Source: Octopus vulgaris (taxonomy: Eukaryota). Taken from it: a DNA stretch of 64,000 nt. Shown one piece after another: positions 37,119-51,010 of this stretch. The stretch is from the NCBI GenBank assembly GCA_951406725.2, contig OX597814.1, forward strand, positions 114,576,001 through 114,640,000, written 5' to 3'. The notes beneath the pieces are model-generated. The model saw only the letters and a list, made by a program, of their open reading frames with translations. It did not search any database and had not been told where the DNA came from. Every line of letters begins with the position of its first letter. The stretch's first letter is position 1. A program made the translations under genes and the position numbers.

Positions 37119-40100
37119 GCTTCTTTCGATGTAATGAAATACTTCAGCCTTGAAGAACTGCTAACCCTTATAAGATACAAATATGCTTCTCATTTATTTA
37201 TCCTCATATGTGTAAGTTTCTGAAATTACTTCTCTTTCCGCGATCTCTCTAGTTTTCAACCTAAAATTCAAATGGTGCATCGTTCTATCGATATCACTAG
37301 TCGTGAAGAATCTGAAAGGTTATAAGCAGTGTTCTTCTTTGACGGACTAAATAAGGTACGAAGAGCAGAAGTTCACTCTTGCAAGCACTGGAAGTTATGA
37401 TCACATTATTAAATACCGATACAAATATGTTTTTAATATATAGAAAATAAAGTTATACACAATGTCGAAGCGATCATGAACTTGGATGGATAAATTAATT
37501 CACCAAAAAACAAGGAGATAAGGATAATATACAGGATGTCGTTACCGAAAACGATTAGGAAAAATACCTCCCAATCGAATCATTCGCCTCAGCAGACGAC
37601 AGTACATCTCTAAACAAATGGAGAAAATATCCAAATCGAAAGGTCTGGAAATACACTCGAGAAGACATTGATATAGCTACGTACAAAACGTAGAAACAAT
37701 GGATAAAGTTCTGGAGTTATTGCCTTTTGAGTTCTGAGTTCAAATCCCACAGTCGTAAACTTGACCGTTCCTTCTTCCTGTGTCAATAGAATAAAGTATC
37801 ATTCATGTACTGAATCGATTTAATATAATTATAATGCATTTTAGATCTGACTGAATTTACAATAGAAGTCTATCTATAAAGGAAGCTCATAGAAATTTAT
37901 TCATGTATTTATGTTTACTTCTAGTATATAGATGAAATGCAAATTGTACATTGAATGATCACTAAGAAGTTGTTTAATAAAATTATAATGCTTTAATCTT
38001 CCAACTAACCATATGCCTGTGGAGTCTTTATAAATAAGTAGTGTTTTCTTACTGCCAAATGGCTGGAAGTAATTTGTGCGTATTAGTTTTATGCTGAACG
38101 ACAATCAGGTCTAGTCATCAAAGGATGTCATTTATCTTAAACCCGTTGCGAAAACGTCTATTATTTGTAGAAGAGAAACTAGAAATAAATGAGTTAAAAC
38201 AAGATTGTAGGATGTATTTTCCTCATAAATCATGTCTTTATTTCTGTTAGAGGTGGACGTAAGATTGATTGTAGAGTATAATTACAACAACAACAGCGAT
38301 AGAAATAATAAATGTAAACAACAACGAAACAACAATGAAATCATGAATAATGCCTTCATTGTATTGAATTGTATTGCCAGACAATATTGGTGATGTAAAT
38401 GAGCATGAAGAAAATTGCGAGTGAAAAACAAGCAATCAACGCTTCTTAGTTTAAAAGAATAAATTCAAAATTTTTCTAACATCATATCAGAATTAACTAC
38501 GTTTGGTTAGGTACTGAGTTTCAATTTCGCTGTAGTTTACTTTGCCTTTTATCTTTTCAGCATCGATAAAATAATTTGCATTTGAACACTGGTGTTAGTG
38601 CAATCGGCTTTCCCACCCCCTTAAAATTGCTGCCCTTGTGTTGATATTAAAAAATTAAAAATTTAAGAAAGAAAATTTATGACTCAAGTCCCCTCCCTCT
38701 CTCAATGGAATTTTGATTCTTAATTGAAGTCAATTCATTCCAGTTAGGATATTAAAGTTTTTGGGGAATGTATAATACCCAGTCTCACCTCTCACCACTA
38801 AATGTGGTATTTTACCAAAATAATAGGACAATTTAAAATGACAACTAGTTGAACTATATATATATTTCGTTTAAGGATCTACACAAACGTTTTAGATAAG
38901 CGTGTCGATATTTTGAGAGAGAATACAAACAGGTGTGTGTGTGATATATAAGTAAATGAAATATATATATATAATTAAATGTAAAAAATAAATTACACGC
39001 ACAAACACAAGCATATTACTTTTCTTTCTGTTACTTGTTTCAGTCATTTGACTGCGGCCATGCTGGAGCACCGATGCTTTTGAAAAAAAGAAACCAAGTG
39101 AAAAAAATCTGTCTTTCCAGAAAACTTGTGTTAACCTCTAATGAAAAAGGCAATTAGTTCTTTTTCGTGCGTTATGATATACTCTTAAATATTATAATTC
39201 ATGAGGTACATGCAGCACAGCAAAAATCCAAGCAATAATGTTTTCATTTTTAATACAAACTTACAGATTCGAATGTGAACATCCGGCCACTGGTGCTTTT
39301 CGCCACCATTTTCATTTGTAATGAGGTCTGGCAGATTGTGTTGATCACTGTTGCTTTGTGTCACCGTTTTTTCTTAAATATTACAAATTTACAAACCAAT
39401 TTATAAAAAAATATAGTCATGATAGATATGTAATGATATTACATTATTTTAGAAGATAGTTTTATTTCTAAAGAAGTTTGTTAACGCAAATAAATATAAA
39501 AGAAATCGCATATTTGTACAGCACATTAAATAAATATTATCATTTTTTGCATATGAAAAATGAAATTATTTGTATCATTAACATATTTGCTTTGATCAAT
39601 TCTAATTTCTTAGTAATCTGACGGCGAAATTCCCATAAAACAGATTTCATCTTATGAGACAAATATGATTGCTAATCTCCGAAACTAGAATTTAATTTTC
39701 GAAATGATTAACAAAATTACTTAAAGATGTAAAACATAAAGCTCAAAAAGATGTAAAAATTAAAATCGTATTGTTATCTTTCCTTCTGTTTTTGATAGAA
39801 TAAAGGAATGATTAGATCAAGAAATAGTTTCCTTTCCCAATTTGTTGAGGAATAATTTCAAATAATTTTATATTTGAATATCCATTTCCTGCTAATTAAT
39901 CAAAATTTTACCAAATATGTTCGTCATGCGTAATTTCAGCCTGATGAAACAAAAACCGGAAATTTATCAGTAACTACGTGCCATGTTTTTATTCTGCCTG
40001 CGCTCGTGTAAAAGAAAAGTGTACTTACAAATACAAACTTTAATTTCCGTGTTGTATGGCAACAAAGATTTGTATATTTATATATTTTCGGTTGATAAAA

Positions 40101-41319
40101 TGGTTTTAGTCATGGAAAATATGTTAAGATCCCCAAGTAAACTCATCTCTTTTATTTTGAGTTCAAAACAAGATGTTACTGTTGCTGTTGTTGTTTTTTT
40201 TAATGTTAAGGTTCTTGTTTATGTTGCCTATCGCTAGGTCAGTCCAATCACGCAGAACAATTATCATTCTTCCCAACCACGACCATTCCATTTTTTGCCA
40301 TACATAATATATGGCGGACTATTTGATAAAATATTTTTCCTTTTTACTGATGGTAAGGTCTGATTTTAAGAAGTCATGGCTGCTATTTCTAGAAGCTCGA
40401 GCGATTATGAAAGTCCTCTCTGGTTCACTGATTACAAAACTGTCATCCCTTCAGACGACGGATCCTAAGCACTTTAAAATGTCTTTGAACTGGTATTCAC
40501 TTAAACCAAGCACCAGTATTCGAAATGGAGTGGGAATGGGTAATAAGGTGTTCCAGTTACACACCTCCCCCCGTTGGACACAATGAGGACTAGTTCACTG
40601 GTCTTTCCTTAATTCTAGGATCGTTATAAAGTTGTATTTAAGCTGTAATACCACTTTACTCTTTCACATGAGTTCTATGCTCTTATCCTATCGTCTAAGG
40701 TCTTAGATCTGCCTTTTCAACAGGAGCCGATTAGCCCCACTAGCAAGGCTGGCACATTTGTTGAAGCGAAAGACTGTCTATCTGTTTGTGTTTTACTGGG
40801 GGAGAACAGTTGAAAGTATTTACAACTATTTCACAGATGATCTAGGGTACCTGTGAAGAGTTCGTAAGGACACCGTAGCCAAAAATGTTTGAGAATTGCC
40901 GATTTTATATTTTGCTGAGTTGATAAAAATAGATAAGTCCAGTGTTGCAATCATAGTAAAACCCAAAAATGCTACCCACTGCATTCTATGTCAAAATTCT
41001 TTTAATTAGCTAAAACTCATGGCCACCTAGATATAGATACCAAATTTTCGTAAACTAAAATGCTGCAATCTTGAAAAGAATGGTACATAGGATTTTGTAG
41101 TCCTAGACACAACTGGAAAAGTAGGATGACTACAGCTGGAATGCCCTTGATTATAAGTCTTCTCGCTCTAGGCTGACTTGTGGCTAAATAATAATAATTC
41201 TAATTTGGGCCGCCCAACGCCACTGAAGTGGAAGTCTATTTCATGATCACTCGAGCTTCTAGAAATAGCAACCAAGGCTTCTTAATATCAGACCTTACCG
41301 TCGATTTCGACGACCCAAA

Positions 41320-42065
41320 AATTCGACTGGTACTTATTTTAACGACACTGAAAGGATGATGAGCAGAGGGTTTTGAACGCAAACCGTAAAGCCGGAAGAG
41401 ATGCCACTAAACATTAAGTCCGATGCGGTAGCAATTTTGCAAACTCGCCACCTTAATAATGATTATTCATTGCACGATAGGCACGAGGAGGATAATTGAT
41501 TACATGGACTCCAATGCTGAACTGGTACTTATTTTATCGACCCGAAAGAATAAAAGGCAAAGTCGCCACGGTGGAATTTGAACACAGAATCTAAAGACAA
41601 GCGAAATTCCACAAAGCATTCTACCAGCATTCTCTATTTCGGAAAACGGTCAGCAGTTTTGAGGGCAGAGGTGTCGATAACATCGAGTCCATTGCTAATC
41701 TGTTATTTATTCTATGTACCCTCAAAGGATGGAAAATAAAATTGATCTTGGCGGAATTTGATCTCAAATATAAAGCCTGAAGGAATCCCTACAAACAATT
41801 CCACCAGTTTTGGGGGAAGAGGGCGAGTTGTTTACACTGCCTTAATAATAATACTAATGTTTCCAAATTTTGGAAGAAGGCCATCAATTTCGGGGAGGGG
41901 TAAGTCGATTACATCGACCCGATAAAGCTCAACTGGTGCTTATCTTTTAGGGTCCAAAAGGATGAATGGCAAAATCGATATCGGCGGAGTGTGAACGTAA
42001 AGCCATGAAAAAGGCTACTAAGCATTTTATCTGGCGTACTAATGATTCTGCCAGCTTGCTGCTTC
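41320..42065 (-). repeat. Tandem run of about four old family A-like SINE monomers
   Basis: Repeated degenerate CTGGTACTTATTTT..GACCC..AAAGGATGA..GGCAAA..GGAATTTGAAC units. Confidence 0.7.
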
Positions 42066-42605
42066 AAAGATAATAATAATAAAAACAACTACAGCAACAG
42101 CGAAACAACAGTTAGATCCTCTTAAATCAAACATTACTCATTAAAAAAAAAAGAAAATATATGTTAGATAATGCATATGGAGCCGGACACATTATCTGAA
42201 GACATGCTGAGCTGTTCATGGTTTGGAGCAGAACTAATCCGGGACCAAGCAACAGTAACGACGACGACGACGACGACAACAACAACAACAACAACAGCAA
42301 CAGCAGCAGCAGCAGCAAAAATAACCACTTGTACATGTATTCTCAGATATACGAACACAAATTTACTGAATTTCATTTTCCTCAGGGGAGATCGATGTTT
42401 CAGTTGAACTATTGACTAGAGATGACAATCAATAAGATTAGCTTTCATACAGATAATTATTTTATTGACTTTAATATCGACACTTTTCTGGCAATTTTCT
42501 AAATAGATTTAAAATTGAAAATTCTGTGTATTTCCTCCTATAATATAAACATAGATGTACCATCTTTAACCTCTTGAATATACATACATATATACATACA
42601 TACAT

Positions 42606-42701
<96 letters not shown>

Positions 42702-42706
42702 ATTAG

Positions 42707-42920
42707 GGCGGCGAGCTGGCAGGAACGTTAGCACGCCGGGCGAAATGCGTAGCCGTATTTCGTCTGTCGTTACATTCTGAGTTCAAATTCCGCCGAGGTC
42801 GACTTTGCCTTTCATCCTTTCGGGGTCGATAAATTAAGTACTAGTTTCGCACTGGGGTCGATGTAATCGACTTAATCCCTTTGTCAGTCCTTGTTTGTCC
42901 CCTCTATGTTTAGCCCCTTG
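42707..42920 (+). mobile_element. SINE family A, 3'-truncated and joined directly to the CR1-type LINE
   Basis: GGCGGCGAGCTGGCAG head; sequence stops at AGCCCCTTG, where LINE endonuclease codons begin. Confidence 0.92.
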
Positions 42921-45781
42921 CCCAAAAATGGAAGATCCCATATATAGAGAGTTGGCTTGCCAAAACGGCACATTGCTTCCCTTTCTTTATCCTTACCGAG
43001 ACTCACCTGAACAACACCCATATGGACGCCGAGGTGAAAATAAAAGATTTCACCATTGTTCGTGCGGATCGCACAGACCGAAATAAGGGAGGGACAGCCA
43101 TCTTTATCCATGACTCCTTTTCACTTGATGCCAAGGACATATTTTCCAATGGCTACTGTGAATCGGTATCACTATTCAGCAAGGCCAAGGACATAATCAC
43201 TGTTGGTCTTTACAGGCCTCCCCAGGCACCTCTAAAGTGCTTTGAAGAGTGCCTTAGCAAAGTCAAGTCCTTCCTTCGGAAGTACCACTCCGGAAACATA
43301 CTAGTGATGGGTGATTTTAACCTCCCTCATGTGAACTGGCCCACAAATACTCTGAAGTTAGGCAAGTGCTCTACATCAGATAGAGCAGCAGCAGAACTGC
43401 TCTTAAATCTGATGGATGAATACTTCCTGACTCAGCTAGTGCTCGAACCAACGAGACAGAATAAAACGATCTTGGATCTAGCTTCGTTCACAGTATTTCA
43501 GTTGAAAAAACTCTCCTCTCAGACCACGACATAGTACTCTGCAATTTTAATTCCCGACATATAAAAACCAAACCAGCCAATCCCACTCCATGGCACCCAT
43601 TTGACAACATAAACTTCCATAAAGCGGACTGGGGAGCAATCAGAAAAGATCTGTCTTCCATCGACTGGTCTTTTACTCTCAATTCCACCCATATTGAGAC
43701 CGCGTGGCAGCACTTTGAAAACATTGTCACCTATACATGCTCTAAACACACTCCCACGAAATCTACTAACACAAACAGAAACCGGTTCCCTAAAAAGAAA
43801 AAAAAAACACTCATCAGGCGCATCAAAAGACTCAACAAAAAAAATCAACCAATTAAAATATTCCCACACACAACATCCACATTCAACAACAATGAAAAGG
43901 CTAGAGCTGGAAAAACTTCATCTGCAGACCAACATGAAAACCTCCATTGAAAATCAAAGAGCTGTGGAGGAACAGTGGGTAATCAAAAATATCAAACAGA
44001 ACCCAAAAGTGTTCTATTCCTATGCAAATAAGCATAGAACCACTGTCTCACCCATTGGGCCATTGATTGATGATAACGGCATTCCCCAACACGATGCTAA
44101 AGAAATGGCAGAAATACTGCAGAAACAATACTGCTCTGTCTTTAGTGTTCCCACTGATATTGACGTAAGAGAAGCGAACGAAGTTGACTCCCAACATAAA
44201 ATCTCGGACATAACCTTCACTGCCACTGACATCGTAGCAGCAATAAATGAGGTCAAATACTACTCTGCTGTAGGCCCTGACAGATTCCCCGCTAGTCTCC
44301 TGAAGGAATGTAGACACCAACTTGCAGTCCCTCTGACCAACCTCTGGAGAAATTCGTTAGATGCAGGTTATATACCGAAACAGTTTCTACCCCAGTCGGT
44401 CATCCCGGTTTTCAAACAGGGAAACAGATCTCTCGCAGTCAACTATCGCCCAATCTCACTCACCTCTCACATCATTAAAGTGTTTGAAAGAGTGTTAAGA
44501 TCAAGGATAGCTGACTTCCTGGAGACCCACAAACTCCTAAATGCAAATCAGCATGGCTTTCGCTGTGGCAGGGACTCTCTAACACAGCTCTTACACCACT
44601 TTGATGATGTACTCAAAGCCTTGGGAACAGGTTCGAATTCTGACGTCATATATCTTGACTTCAGTAAAGCGTTCGACGGGGTAGACCATAATATCCTACT
44701 CTCAAAATTGGCAAATGTTGGAATCCGTGGAAAAGTTCTACACTGGATTAAGTATTTCCTGGCGAATAGAACACAACATGTTGTAGTTGATGGAGTCCAC
44801 TCAAGCCCAGCAAAAGTCACCAGTGGTGTTCCCCAGGGGACTGTCTTGGGTCCGCTACTCTTCATAATTTACATAAATGACCTTTCCAGTGTCGTACATT
44901 ACTGCAAAGTGAAAATATTTGCTGATGACACTAAGCTCCAGCAAATCGTCAATGAAGAAGCAGACCGAACTTAACTCCAGTCTGATCTATATGCTGTGAG
45001 TCAATGGGCAGACAGAAACAAAATTCAACTGAATGAGGGAAAATTTGAGCTGATGCATTTTGGAAGAAATTCCTCACTAAAACAGCCATACTCTCTTCCT
45101 TCAGGGGAACCGCTCACAGCCTCTAGCAATATCAGAGACCTGGGTGTAATTGTTGATGACGATCTCAGTTGGAGTGCACACATCAACAAGAAGGTCGATA
45201 TAGCTCGTAGGATGAGTTCCTGGATCTTAAGAATTTTCCGGTCCAGAGAACAAGGTGTCATCATACTACTTTTCTCCTCCTTTGTACGGCCACACCTTGA
45301 ATATTGCTGCCCACTGTGGTCTCCCCATACAAGACAAAACATCTCCAGGATTGAGTCACCCCAGAGGGCACTCACTAAACGAATTGAAGGCATGGCTGCT
45401 CTCGATTATTGGGATCGCCTTAAAACCTTGAAACTTTACTCTCTCCAGCTTCGCCGTGAGCGGTACATCATTTGTACGATGTGGAGAATATACCTCCAAC
45501 TTTGCCCAAACGACCTTAACGTTAGCTTCAAGGTTCATCCAAGACTGGGACCACGGGCCATACGTCCCTTGCCCAATTCAAGATCACAGCATACATGTAC
45601 ACTGCAACATAATTTCTTTTCATCAACAGGCCCTGCCCTATTTAACATTGTCCCGAGGGAGATCAAAGAGGAAAAGGATCCCATCAAGTTTAAACGGAGT
45701 CTGGATAGATTCCTTCAAAGAATACCAGATAAGCCACCCACAACTCACCCAACAAGAACTCACTACTTGAATGGACCATAA
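42921..45781 (+). pseudogene. Disrupted ORF2 (endonuclease-reverse transcriptase) of the CR1-type LINE
   Basis: Split into ORFs 43022..43534, 43694..44974 and 44996..45781 by frameshifts (~43485, ~43800) and a TAA at 44972. Confidence 0.88.
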
Positions 45782-45900
45782 AAAAACTTGACTTAAACAG
45801 GTTTCGAATAATCCTATCAGGTGGTGCTATTAAGTTAGACATGGCCTGGACCAATCTTTGGTCGAAACATATCTAAGTTTATCTAAGTTTATCTAAGTTT
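42921..45900 (+). mobile_element. CR1-clade LINE (APE endonuclease + RT), 5'-truncated in the first endonuclease codons, with (ATCTAAGTTT)3 tail
   Basis: APE motifs LTETHL, RADR..KGGTAIFI, GDFNLP, PTR...LDL; RT motifs NYRPISLTS, YLDFSKAFD, GVPQGTVLGPLLF, FADDTKL; C-terminal LYSLQLRRERY; 3' stem-loop GACCAA-tct-TTGGTC. Confidence 0.92.
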
Positions 45901-45938
45901 ATATATATATATGCATACATACATATGTATATATATGG

Positions 45939-45991
<53 letters not shown>

Positions 45992-46431
45992 TGTGTGTGT
46001 TTGTAAGTGTGTGCATGCGAACATAAAGTATATATATATATATATATCCACAGATATGTATACGCATTCACACAAGAATGGAATAAGTTTTATGCAATGA
46101 AGAATTAGAAGATGTGACGTATCCTGCGAAAATCGCTGAAGAAAATTAAAATGTCACCTGATATTGAAGGATGAGGAAGTGACTGGAAGAAAGAAATGTA
46201 ACAAACCAGCAAGAGGTGACAAGCGTTACGGCAACAATCAGAGAGAGAGAGAGAGAGAGATTTGAATAGCTCTCTGCATTCCCCGCTCAAATCCTACTGA
46301 AGACATCTATACATCTCACCCTTTTGGTTCAATGTTTAGAGCTAAGTGTCCATCGTTGTGAGGGTCCATCAGGTGAAAATACTTTTCATCGATTATACAC
46401 ACACACACAACCACACATATGCATACATATA

Positions 46432-46465
<34 letters not shown>

Positions 46466-46761
46466 CATACATACATACATGCATACATACATACATACAT
46501 ACATACATACATACATACATACATACTTATTTATATATTATATTATTTATATATAATTCTACTAGTTTCAGTCATCAAGCGATACCGTATTTAAGATTTT
46601 AGTTGATTTCAGTGTTTCAATGGACGTATTTTTATCGATATGCTGATCAAATGACATTCTTTTAGGCTAAGCAATTCGGGGTCATGAATCATCTCGTTGT
46701 GAAATTTCCTCACATTGTTCTGCCTACGCCCTGCACATTGCACACTGTGAGCATACATACA

Positions 46762-46793
<32 letters not shown>

Positions 46794-47041
46794 ATTAGAC
46801 ATGTATATAGATGCAGTGGGTAAAGTTTATTTCAAATTTTCTGTTTAATATATCTTTACATATAACACATTACCTTTATACCGAACACATAGCAAATCGA
46901 TACGTACACTGTATCAATCCCTTTGTATCGGAGATAGATTATTCCATATCTGCATTTTATTCAAGCCTCATATTCCAAGCCGCTTCACCTTGACATACAA
47001 AGCGTATGCATATTTTAACAGGCGAATATATAGAAGCATAT

Positions 47042-47110
<69 letters not shown>

Positions 47111-47439
47111 AGCATATGCATATTTTAATATGCGAATATATATTCGTGTAGGGTTAATTCTCGTATGGAACAATTCATCTGTATAATAGATATGGATAAA
47201 AGAGCAAGTGAATAAATTTATTGTACGAATATATTATTTGCCAATTTTGGGATTATATGCCCTCCAGAGAACGTGCAGATAGACAACAGAAATATTCCAA
47301 TTGCAATCTAATTTTGTCATATTCAACTTAAGTGAACTCATAATATTTCTTAGTAAGATTGTTTATCCTCCCCTCTCTCTCTGTATATATGTGAGACGGA
47401 AAGCTTGGCCCTGTGGCCCAGAAATTCTTTTCACCACCT

Positions 47440-47547
<108 letters not shown>

Positions 47548-47694
47548 GTATGGTAGATAAGTTCAGTAAAAATTTAGATTCAGATGAATATGGTACTTAA
47601 GTTGAATGCACCAGAATTTAGTATGGTATTATCCGTACAATTTAAAATGAGGTGATTATAATAAAAAATAACCAACAAGGATATCCAGAGGTAA

Positions 47695-47781
47695 TGCAGT
47701 ACAATCGTTTCATGCGACTCCATTTAATTGAACAATGCAAACATTAAATCAATTTAAAATGTAGAGCAATCTTCAGCTGCA
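47695..47781 (-). ncRNA. Intact type I hammerhead ribozyme in a Penelope-like fragment
   Basis: Minus strand: UGCAG [CUGAAGA] U UGC..CAUUU..AAUUGA../..UCAAUU AAAUG..GCA U [GAAA] CGAUUG UA^ CUGCA. Confidence 0.8.
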
Positions 47782-49705
47782 CAAAAAATATAGAATTTAA
47801 TTAAATTCTAAGTACTCATTAGTATAATTTTATCTAAAATCCCAAGAGGATAAGGAGAGAGACAAAGAACATGTTTTGTCTATTCCTTGTTAAACGCCTA
47901 CATATTCGGGGACGAGTAAGTACGGTAATTAATTTCACTTCTCAAAATTCTCCTACGCTTGACATGCATTCCGCCACCTACTGCACGTTCACTCTTTTCT
48001 GCTAAAATAATCTTTCTTTTATTGACTTCCTTCACGGTGTTGCAGCATCTTGTGCCTCTAACCTAACAACTTGATTTTTCTTTTACAAGACGACGATCTA
48101 TTATTATTCCAATGATCCTTTGTTTCTTATTATAATAGCACATACTGAATAATTATGTGAACTCCATATGTTGTCCGGCAAGGAGCAGATGAGCTGCTGG
48201 GTTTTATTTCAGATGAAATTGTCATAATCTTCAATAAAATTACACTGGCTCTCTATATAGCAATCCGTTATGAAAAAGAACTATTCAAAAGCAGTATTTT
48301 TTTAATTTCTAATTTATATTTCAAACAAACATCATTTTAAAGTATTATTTCAAATATTTTTAAAAACTACCATTCCATGTGTTATACAAAATTCAAATTG
48401 TATATCTCTGAAGAGCAGAATAGTAATCAATAAATGCTTATCAATATAGGATTTCATTATAGGAACAACACTTCTGTAAAACGAGAGTAAGATACTTTAA
48501 AAACTTAATTCAAAACTTTTAAACTGTCGTATACATTATATATTTATACTTTTACATATTTACATATATTTTTATACATATTTATATTTTTAATACAACA
48601 ATTATTTTACACACGTATATAACTTTCAGAAGAATTTTTTAATATTAATTTCCTGATATCAATAATAATATATTATAAAATATATCGCTCTTTAATAGTA
48701 TTAATACTTTGAGATACAATAGAGCACTCAATATAAATTCAGCATATAATATTCTCATTGAATATATTTAACTAAAGATTTATATAGATATATAGTTGTA
48801 CAAGGTCACTTAACATACATGCATGAATATATAGTTGTTTCAGACAATAAGGAAATCAACGCCGTAAGCTATTTATATATGTAATGTAAAACTATAGTTG
48901 TTTGCAACACGAGGGTACTATTTCACATTTTTTTGTTTTCTTGAAGAGCAATTGCACGCGTTCTTGTATATATATGAATGAATATATATATATGTATGTA
49001 TGTATTTGTGCATATATATGTATATGTAATATCTATATTTATATACATATTTATAAACATACATATATAAAATATACATACATACATTGAATTATATCAT
49101 GCTAATATATTGTCTATTTTCTATTGACATGTTAAGCACATACCGGATATTTCAGTACAGAATGTACTGAAATATCTGTTATATATAGTAAAATTGTATG
49201 GCAGTTTTTTTCCAATTTTTCCATATTTCTGCGGATTTTTTTTATGAAGTGGACCGAACGATCTGATGGAATGTATTGTCATTAAAATCTTGTCGTCCTC
49301 AAGTGAATGCTTATTTAATCGGAATCTTCTAACATCTGAGGAACCAGTTATTGATATATAATTTAATATAATATAATATAATATAATATAATATAATATA
49401 ATATAATATAATATAATATAATATTGTAATATAATTTAATATTTCTGTCCTCTTTCTCTCTGTATCCATATATATACACACTCAGATCGATTCCAGTATA
49501 TATTTTTTAAAGTTTGGCATTTGGCCTGTCGACTTCATGCACCGACCCACTTAGTACGGAGACGTAAACAAGCCAACCAGTTATCAAGCAATATAGAATA
49601 TGGGAGGGAAATAGAGGCAAAAATCAGCCAAATGCATGCGCGTGGCCGTATATATAAACAATTATATAGTAGAAGACCTATTTTATTGTATGATGTTTGC
49701 ATATT

Positions 49706-50187
49706 TATTTCTTTATTGCCCACAGGGGGCTAAACATAGAGGGGACAAACAGGGAAAAACAAAGGGATTAAGTCGATTATATCGAGCCCAGTGCGTAACT
49801 GGTACTTAATTAATCGACCCCGAAAGGATGAAAGGCAAAGTCGACCTCGGCGGAATTTGAACTCAGAACGTAACGGCAGACGAAATACCGCACAGCATTT
49901 CGCCCGGCGTGCTAACGATTCAGCCAGCTCACCGCCTTCTTAAAGAAGAAATACCTATTTCTTTACTACCCACAAGGGGCTAAACACAGAGGGGACAAAC
50001 AAGGACAGACAAACGGATTAAGTCGATTATATCGACCCCAGAGCGTAACTGGTACTTGATTAATCGACCCCGAAAGGATGAAAGGCAAAGTTAACCTCGG
50101 CGGAATTTGAACTCAGAACGTAACGGCAGACGAAATACCGCACAGCATTTCGCCCGGCGTGCTAACGTTTTTGCTAGCTCGCCGCCT
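49706..50187 (-). mobile_element. Two tandem SINE family A units
   Basis: Two complete heads (ending 49937 and 50187). Confidence 0.92.
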
Positions 50188-50391
50188 TTGATGTTTGCAT
50201 ATTGTATGATGTTTTGTGTTGGATATTTTGCTCCGCGGATCGGAACAGCGAAATTGGATTGCAAAGGGCTCAATGATGTTACATCACTTGTCTGAAGAGA
50301 TATATAAATATTCATGTGGATACAGTAATTCACATCTATACACGAGGGTGGGTATATGAATATATTCATGAATCGATATATTTGTATAGAA

Positions 50392-51010
50392 AGGCGGCGA
50401 GCTGGCAGAAACGTTAGCATGCCGGACGAAATGCTAAGCGATATTTCGTCCGTCTTTACGTTCTGAGTTCAAATTCTGCCGAGGTCGAGTTTGCCTTTCA
50501 TCCTTTCGAGGTCGATTAAATAAGTACCAGTTACGCACTGGGGTAGATATAGTTGACTTAATCCGTTTGTCTGTCCTTGTTTGTCCTCTCGGCGTTTAGC
50601 TCCTTGTATGTAGTAAAGAAATAGGTATTTCGTCTGTCTTTATGTTCTGAGTTCAAATTCCGCCGAGTCGAGTTTGCCTTTATTCCGTTCGGGGTCGATA
50701 AATTAAGTACCGGTTGCGTACTGGGGTCGATCTAATCGACTGGCATCCTACCCCAAAATTTCGGCCCTTGTGCCTAGAGTAGAAAAGGATATATCTGTAT
50801 AGGTGAAGGCGGCGAGCTGGAAGAAAAAGTAGCACGTCGAGCGAAACGCTTAACGGCATCTTTACGTTTTGAGTTCAAATTCCGTCGAAGTCGACATTGC
50901 TTTTTATCTTTTTAGGTTCGATAAAGTAAATATCGGTTAAACACTGGGGTCGATGTGATCGATCTGTCTCCTTCCCGAAATTTGCTGGCCTAATACCAAA
51001 CTTTGAAACC
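50392..51010 (+). mobile_element. SINE family A (dimer) followed by an older monomer
   Basis: AGGCGGCGAGCTGG heads at 50392 and 50807. Confidence 0.9.

Noticed and set aside
45843-45875. GACCAA-TCT-TTGGTC-GAAA-CAT-ATC looks like half of a hammerhead
   Set aside because: No CUGANGA-type core or stem I upstream; better explained as the CR1 3' recognition stem-loop
46295-46390. CTGAAGA...GAAA spaced like a hammerhead
   Set aside because: I could not find stem I pairing or a valid stem III and cleavage triplet
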